Part shown: in pieces, positions 9,141 through 14,860 of the stretch
How positions within the stretch are numbered: position 1 is the stretch's first letter
Layout: every line of letters starts with the position of its first letter
Assembly (NCBI RefSeq): GCF_006345805.1
Contig: NW_021825892.1
Location: forward strand, 1-14,860
DNA from: Octopus sinensis
Lineage: Eukaryota
Length of the DNA stretch: 14,860 nt
Direction of reading: 5' to 3'
The notes under the pieces: generated by a model
Databases searched by the model: none
What the model was told of the DNA's origin: nothing
The model's input: the letters and a program-made list of their open reading frames with translations, nothing else
Position numbers and translations under genes: made by a program

Positions 9141-9551
9141 CTCTTTTACTCTTTTACTTGTTTCAGTCATTTGACTGCGGCCATGCTGGAGCACCGCTTT
9201 TAGTCGAGCAAAATCGACCCCGGAACTTATTCTTTGTAAGCCCAGTACTTATTCTCTCGGTCTCTTTTGCCGAACCGCTAAGTGACGGGGACATAAACAC
9301 ACCAGCATCGGTTGTCAAGCAATGCTAGGGGGACAAATACAGACACACAAACATACACACACATACATATATATAAATACATATATACGACGGGCTTCTC
9401 TCAGTTTCCGTCTACCAAATCCGCTCACAAGGCATTGGTCGGCCCGAGGCTATAGCAGAAGACACTCGCCCAAGGTGCCACGCAGTGGGACTGAACCCGG
9501 AACCATGTGGTTGGTAAGAAAGCTACTTACCACACAGCCACTCCTGCGCCT
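9141..9551 (-). mobile_element. CORE-like SINE, full-length (copy E)
   Basis: Head AGGCGCAGGAGTGGCTGTGTGG, B-box-like GGGTTCAGTCCC, CORE-like GCACCTTGGGCGAGTG, tail (GTAAAAGA)n on the minus strand. Confidence 0.95.
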
Positions 9552-9556
9552 ACTAT

Positions 9557-9808
9557 ATGTATATATAAAATAGCGAAGGTATATAACACCAAAAAGGAAG
9601 AATTCAATTGTCAGATATTGTGACTGATGGTGCAGAGTGCCACCTACCTTGCTAGAAATAAGAGGTAAAAATCCTAACCCTCTCTGCCGTAAAGAAACAC
9701 AAGTCTATGTACTGGTAACACAACTTCAAGCGAAATTAGGGTTCTAGTATGTGACAATTGAATTCTTCCTTTTTGGTGTTATATATCTTCGCTATTTTAT
9801 ATATACAT
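9557..9808. mobile_element. MITE-like element with 57-bp terminal inverted repeats
   Basis: 9557-9613 is the reverse complement of 9752-9808 with one mismatch. The spacer is 138 bp, there is no ORF, and the outer ends are TA-rich. Confidence 0.75.
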
Positions 9809-10485
9809 GTAAGTTTGTATGTATGTATCATGTACGTACGTACGTATGTATATTTATATGCACATTTCATTCAATGTGTAAATAATTACGATCAGGAAGA
9901 ATTTCATTGAATATGCCATGTCTTTTTGACAGAACGTTAGTAAAGTAGGAATCGAGAGAATAGGAACTTCTTAGTGTTGACATAGAGAATAATAACTGTT
10001 TTCAGGGAATTCTATCTTATGAAAATCCCTTATAGTATTCAATAATTTCAGTTTCGCGGCAAACATCTTCTTAGAACTATTCCTTTGTATGCTTACAAAA
10101 GGGTAGATATTTGTTGGAAGGTGTGATTATATGATGGTATTCTTTTTATGTGTATAGTGAAACGTATATCTCTTCAGAAATACACACGTCTACAAAAATT
10201 CATGCGAATATTTGCTTCTGTGTGTTCTTTCGCCGATCATTGGTGTGAATATAATACAGGAAATGTTAACGTCGTAGCTAACTTGACAGAAGATATAATA
10301 TAACGCATAAATTTATGTCCTTGAGCTGTGAGAAATGATTTAGGAAATTTCCGGCAAGAATCAGTTCCGAAAAATACAGCACTCTGTAAAAACAAATATA
10401 CGATACCAAATATATATTTGTGACAGAGGTAGTATTAATAGAGAGAAGTAATATTTATTGTCACTTTGTGTGGAGGTGTATACAT

Positions 10486-10665
10486 AGGCGCAGGAGTGGC
10501 TGTGTGGTAAGTAGCTTGTTTACCAACCACATGGTTCTGGGTTCAGTCCCACAGCGTGGCACCTTGGGCAAGTGTCTTCTACTATAACCTCGGGCTGACC
10601 AAAGCCTTGTGAGTGGATTTGGTAGACGGAAACTGAAAGAAGCCCGTCGTATATATATATATATA

Positions 10666-10716
<51 letters not shown>

Positions 10717-10928
10717 ATGTTTGTGTGTCTGTGTTTGTCCCCCTAGCATTGCTTGACAATCGATGCTGGTGTGTTTATGTCCTCGTCACTTAGCGGTTCG
10801 GCAAAAGAGACCGATAGAATAAGTACTGGGCTTACAAAGAATAAGTCTCGGGGTCGAGTTGCTCGATTAAAGGCGGTGCTCCAGCATGGCCGCAGTGAAA
10901 TGACTGAAACAAGTAAAAGAGTAAAGAG
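10486..10928 (+). mobile_element. CORE-like SINE, full-length (copy F)
   Basis: A box TGGCTGTGTGG 10497-10507, B box GGTTCAGTCC 10540-10549, CORE-like GCGTGGCACCTTGGGCAAGTG, expanded internal (TG)n, tail GACTGAAACAAGTAAAAGAGTAAAGAG. Confidence 0.95.
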
Positions 10929-10936
10929 TATAGTTC

Positions 10937-11095
10937 AAAGTTACAGAAAACAAAAGACAAAGACAGTTGTAAGAACAACAAACAGGTGTATTAGTTTAAA
11001 CGCTCGCGAAGAATGGAAAAGACTTTTACATTTCAAGCCTACGCTCTTCGACAGAAAGGATTCAGAGGAAAATAAGAAAGATGATGAAAGAAAAG
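10937..11095 (-). mobile_element. Penelope-like element terminal relic 2 (right boundary uncertain, possibly to ~11290)
   Basis: Carries a hammerhead-like motif (11058-11023) and the same flanking landmarks as relic 1. Confidence 0.6.
11023..11058 (-). ncRNA. Minimal type I hammerhead ribozyme-like motif (variant core)
   Basis: RNA: CUUU-CUGUCGA-A-GAGC-GUAG-GCUU-GAAAU-GUA-AAAG. Stem I CUUU/AAAG, stem II GAGC/GCUU, GUA triplet. A6 is replaced by U. Confidence 0.62.
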
Positions 11096-11410
11096 GGAGA
11101 GGGGGAAAAATGTGTAGAGATTAACAAATTTAACGTGATGAAATAGCCAGAAGAAAGAGGCTGGAAGAAAGGGAGATAATGAAGGTGAACCGGCCGAAGG
11201 AGTTTGCTCAAGCGCCCGTGTGTATGTGAGAATGGTGTGTGTGATGTGTGTGTATGAATGGGAGTGAGTGCGTGAGTATGTGTGGGGTTATGAATAAAAT
11301 ATCTTGACCCCCCAGATTTCTTGCTTTGAGTTTTTTGTTTTTATTTAAAATAGTCCGAAAATATTTATTTAAACCAGTTTCCTAAGTAAATTCATAATCT
11401 ATAGAATTTC

Positions 11411-11793
11411 CTTTACTCTTTACTCTTTTACTCTTTTACTTGTTCAGTCATTTGACTGCGGCCATGCTGGAGCACCCACCTTTTAGTACGTATTCTATCG
11501 GTCTCTTTTTGCCGAACCGCTAAGTGACGGGGACGTAAACACACCAGCATCGGTTTTCAAGCAATGCTAGGGGGGCAAACACAAACACAGACACAAAACA
11601 CACACATATACATATTATAACATATATACGACGGCTTCTTTCAGTTTCCGTCTACCAAATCCACTCACAAGGCATTGGTCGGCCCGGGGCTATAGTAGAA
11701 GACACTTTGCCCAAGATGCCACGCAGTGGGACTGAACCCGCAACGTGGTTGTTTGGTTAGCAAGCTACTTACCACACAGCCACTCCTGCGCCT
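11411..11793 (-). mobile_element. CORE-like SINE with ~41-bp internal deletion (copy G)
   Basis: Head AGGCGCAGGAGTGGCTGTGTGG ends at 11793. The segment between the two TAGT motifs is missing at 11484-11487. Confidence 0.93.
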
Positions 11794-12780
11794 ATGTTCA
11801 TTTTAAGAATAAAAACGACTTGAATTTTTTAAAGCGAAATAATTCATATTTAATCTTTTCTCATTATGCTTTGAGCAATGGTTACTAACTAAGCATAAAT
11901 ACCCGTCTATCGCTCTACCCTCTATTCCTGAGAAGGCTGTAGAGATAGGGGCCTTTCAGAAGCAACCATCACTGCGATTGCCGACTGAATTTCCAAGCGT
12001 GACCAACTGCGACTATGGATATTATCGAACCATCTCATTTACAGACAACTCCTAAGTTTCCTGAATTTCAGGTAACGACTGAAAGGGTATGATCGCCAAT
12101 ACAACAAGTCAAAGTGGGGCTCCCCCTGAGGATCACTGGTGTAACTCGGCAGAGGACGTAGCTCGGAGATCAGGGAGTATCTCAGAGTCGATTGGCTTTT
12201 ACTCAGAATTGAGTAAGCCACAGCTCTGGTCCGTCCGACTGATGTGATTTGAATGACGCAGGAAAGAACTAAATATATTCATTCTAAAACATTATTTTCA
12301 TATTCAAACGTCTTCCCAACTAAATGTCGATATTATTATATATTCTCACTTCATTTATTAATTACAGCATTTTCGCTTTTCCAACTTAGACATATTATAA
12401 TTTACTCCCAAAGTATTATATAAATATCTGTTAGATTAGTTTATTTGTCGATATTAAAACTTACGTGTAACGCTGTAAGGCGCCAAAATATTGTATATTT
12501 TTTCCCATTTCATTCTTATTCTGTGATATCTATTCGCTTTTATACTTTAGTTTACTTTTTTTTCTAATTAAAACACAACCAAAATTGATGTGATAAATAT
12601 TTCCTCTGCTTTTAGTTATAATTTTTTTTTATATGTTTTTCATAGCGTTATGTTGTTTAAGCTTGCCGTGTCTGATTTTAGACTCATTTTGTTCAAGATT
12701 AGTGTGTGGCGATTCCAATAAATGTTACAGCCAACGAATAAATATTACCATGCCAATACACAAGAAGCACAAGTACGAGC

Positions 12781-12784
12781 ACAA

Positions 12785-12819
<35 letters not shown>

Positions 12820-12942
12820 AATATATTATATATATATATGTATGTATATATATATATATATACATGCATATACTACATATACACAGACAAACACATATTT
12901 ATAAATATATTAAAGGTATATGTTTATGTATATGGTGTGTTG

Positions 12943-12986
<44 letters not shown>

Positions 12987-13020
12987 TCTATAATAATTAT
13001 ATATTATATAATAATATGTT
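12781..13020. repeat. (CA)n/(TA)n microsatellite field
   Basis: CA run followed by several TA runs, pure at ~12947-12982. Confidence 0.95.
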
Positions 13021-13521
13021 ATAGTAAGAGAGAGACAGACAGAGTGAAAAACCACATGTTTATTCGTATTTCTCATGATAAAACATATTCTCTCTGTAGC
13101 TGTATGAAACCTTGTAGTTAAATCGCTAATCTTTGGGTAAGGATGAAAGGGACTCATATCGATATGTTTCGTCTTTCATGTAAGTCTCATCGGGAATCGT
13201 TCACCTTTACCTCTCTAGCTGGTTAAGCTACGAAATATGGCACTTATCAATTACGGTAAGTGTAAAGAAGACGATGACAAACATAGACACGTGTAAGCAA
13301 CCGTTAATTATAATTAACCTACCGTTAATTATAAGGCACCCCCGGTGTCTGTATCGTGGACTTTCTTACTGGAGTAGATATAGTTTTCGGTTATTTCAAA
13401 GCAGTGATAGTTTATTCCATCAACTTCCGTGCAAAGTATAAAGTCTGAGTAAGGATCTCCTGTGTTCTTTTCATAGCCAGATTCACTATCTTTATGTAAG
13501 TCAGAGACAAAGCATTAAGCA

Positions 13522-13655
13522 TTTACTTCTTGTCAGCTGACTATGTAATAATGGGGCAACACGTTGGCGTGTTTCCTCGAAGAAATCGATTCTAGTGGTT
13601 ATATTTTAAGTCTAGTACATATTCTATCGGCTCTCTCATGGTCACACGCTACACA
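13522..13655 (-). mobile_element. Old, diverged 3' fragment of the CORE-like SINE
   Basis: AAATCGATTCTAGTGGTTATATTTTAAGTCTAGTACATATTCTATCGGCTCTC aligns loosely with AAATCGACCCC...GTAAGCCTAGTACTTATTCTATCGGTCTC of the younger copies. Confidence 0.55.
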
Positions 13656-13778
13656 CCTTTCTTCCAAGCACTGCGGTAAACAGCAGAAGTGAGCTTGCAC
13701 TTCAAAACGTGGTGTGCATGCATGGCAGAGTGCAAGGTCAATCTTTGCAAGCGGCTTCACTCTGCATGTTTTAGCTTT

Positions 13779-13792
13779 GTTACCATGGCAAC
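13779..13792. promoter_or_regulatory. RFX X-box motif
   Basis: GTTACCATGGCAAC matches the 14-bp near-palindromic X-box consensus GTYRCCATGGYAAC. Occupancy is unknown. Confidence 0.5.
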
Positions 13793-13863
13793 AGTCCAGA
13801 TATATATTGATCAGACCTCATACATTTATCTTCTATCTATCCATAAACACACACCACAAGACA

Positions 13864-13956
13864 TATATACGTGTATATATATATATATGTAATATATATA
13901 GATATATTATATATATATATATATATATTATATTATATATATATATTTATATATAT
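13864..13956. repeat. (TA)n microsatellite
   Basis: Interrupted TA run that hosts the SINE at 13957. Confidence 0.95.
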
Positions 13957-14390
13957 AGGTGCAGGAGTAGCTACCTATTCCCTGGTCGTGTCTTTCAGGA
14001 GTGGCTGTTGGTAAGTAGCTTTGCACCAACCACATGGTTCCGGGTTCTCCCACTGCGTGGCACCCTTGTGCAAGTGTCTTCTCCTATAGCCTCGGGCCGA
14101 CCAAAGCCTTGTGAGAAAGTGGAAGAAGCCCGTCGTATATGTGTGTATATATATGCATGTGTGTGTATATGTATGTGTGTCTGTTGGTCACCCCAGAATT
14201 GCTTGACAACCGATGCTGTGTGTGTTTAAGTCCCCGTAACTTAGCAGTTCGGCAAAAGAGACCGATAGAATAAGTACTAGGCTTAAAAAAGAATGTACTC
14301 TGGGATCGATTTGCTCGACCATAAAGGCGGTGCGGCAGCATGGCCGCAGTCAGATGACTGAAATAAGTAAAAGAGTAAAAAAGTAAAGAG
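13957..14390 (+). mobile_element. CORE-like SINE (copy H) with an insertion in the head and a deletion in the core
   Basis: Head AGGTGCAGGAGT, interrupted by a 27-bp insert. CORE-like GCGTGGCACCCTTGTGCAAGTG, tail GACTGAAATAAGTAAAAGAGTAAAAAAGTAAAGAG. TA repeats lie on both sides. Confidence 0.92.
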
Positions 14391-14427
14391 TATATATTAC
14401 ACACGTACCCCCACATAGTCTTGTATA

Positions 14428-14550
14428 CATGTGTTTGTGTGTGTTTTGGTGTGGTGTGTGTGTGTTGTGTGTGTTTGTGTGGTGTGTGGTGTGTGTGTGG
14501 GTGTTGGGTGTGTTGTGGTGTGTGGTGTGTGTGTGGTGGTTGTGTGTCGT
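14428..14550. repeat. Degenerate (GT)/(GTG)/(GTGGT) repeat
   Basis: Low-complexity G/T tract. Confidence 0.9.
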
Positions 14551-14574
14551 TTGGTGTTTATCTTGTTTCAGACC

Positions 14575-14692
14575 CACCTTAAAGGATGGGTTGGTCCGGG
14601 GATATAGCAGAAAGGTATTGCCGAAGGTCCCGAGCTATGAATCTGAAACCGAAATTACGTGATTGCAAAGAGATCTTATAAACTCCACAGCT
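14575..14692 (-). mobile_element. Diverged SINE head/CORE fragment (copy I)
   Basis: GGTTGGTCCGGGGATATAGCAGAAAGGTATTGCCGAAGGTCCC...CTGAAACCGAAATTACGTGATTGCAAAG...CCACAGC aligns loosely with GGTCGGCCCGGGGCTATAGTAGAAGACACTTGCCCAAGGTGCC...CTGAACCCGGAACCATGTGGTT...CACAGCC. Confidence 0.6.
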
Positions 14693-14860
14693 AAGCTTCC
14701 TTAGTGCTTTCATGCTTTTGTCAAGACTTGTGCGTTGCGGTAGCAAACGCGATAGAAGTTTGTCCAAACGAATTCTTTTTGACCGACAACGTCTCCACGC
14801 TACGCAACTACTGACATCCCAAATCCCTTCTTTAGAAGATGCCCCGAAGTGAAACCTCAG

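Noticed and set aside
10127-10303. Stop-free plus frame (VKRISLQKYTRLQKFMRIFASVCSFADHWCEYNTG...)
   Set aside because: About 58 codons is within chance expectation. There is only a vague resemblance to known proteins and the splice sites are weak.
10486-10560. SINE heads as tRNA genes (also 1141-1205 and 5830-5908)
   Set aside because: They have A and B boxes but no complete cloverleaf, and they run directly into SINE bodies.
10753-11124. 123-aa ORF
   Set aside because: A chance read-through from the SINE F tail into the Penelope-like relic.
12236-12272. CTGATGTG...GGAAAG as a hammerhead core
   Set aside because: The core reads CUGAUGU rather than CUGANGA, and there are no supporting stems.
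12633-12983. Cys-rich ORF with a hydrophobic N-terminus as a secreted peptide
   Set aside because: It runs into CA/TA microsatellite after about 45 codons and has no recognisable family motif.
14700-14860. Open frames at the right edge
   Set aside because: No recognisable motif, truncated by the window, and the listed ORF continues into SINE sequence.

Overview
A non-coding, repeat-saturated eukaryotic window (intronic or intergenic). The SINE sequences and microsatellite load strongly resemble an octopus (coleoid cephalopod) genome; this is recognition from memory, not a database search. No intact protein-coding gene is supported, and nearly all supplied ORFs are translated microsatellites or SINE text. 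Contents: (1) long di-, tri- and tetranucleotide microsatellite fields; (2) about ten copies or fragments of one tRNA-headed, CORE-like SINE, including an exact 517-bp tandem duplication; (3) three other SINE types, one with an 11-bp TSD and a V-domain-like core; (4) dead LINE fragments: CR1/L2-group RT pieces and two R4/Dong-type RLE-retrotransposon 3' ends, one sitting inside a (TAA)n array; (5) a MITE-like element with 57-bp inverted arms; (6) two related Penelope-like terminal relics, each with a minimal type I hammerhead-ribozyme motif on the minus strand whose stem I covaries between the copies (the most interesting signal); (7) a unique segment near 13.1-13.8 kb with clustered splice-donor signals, candidate micro-exons, a TGCATG cluster and an RFX X-box.
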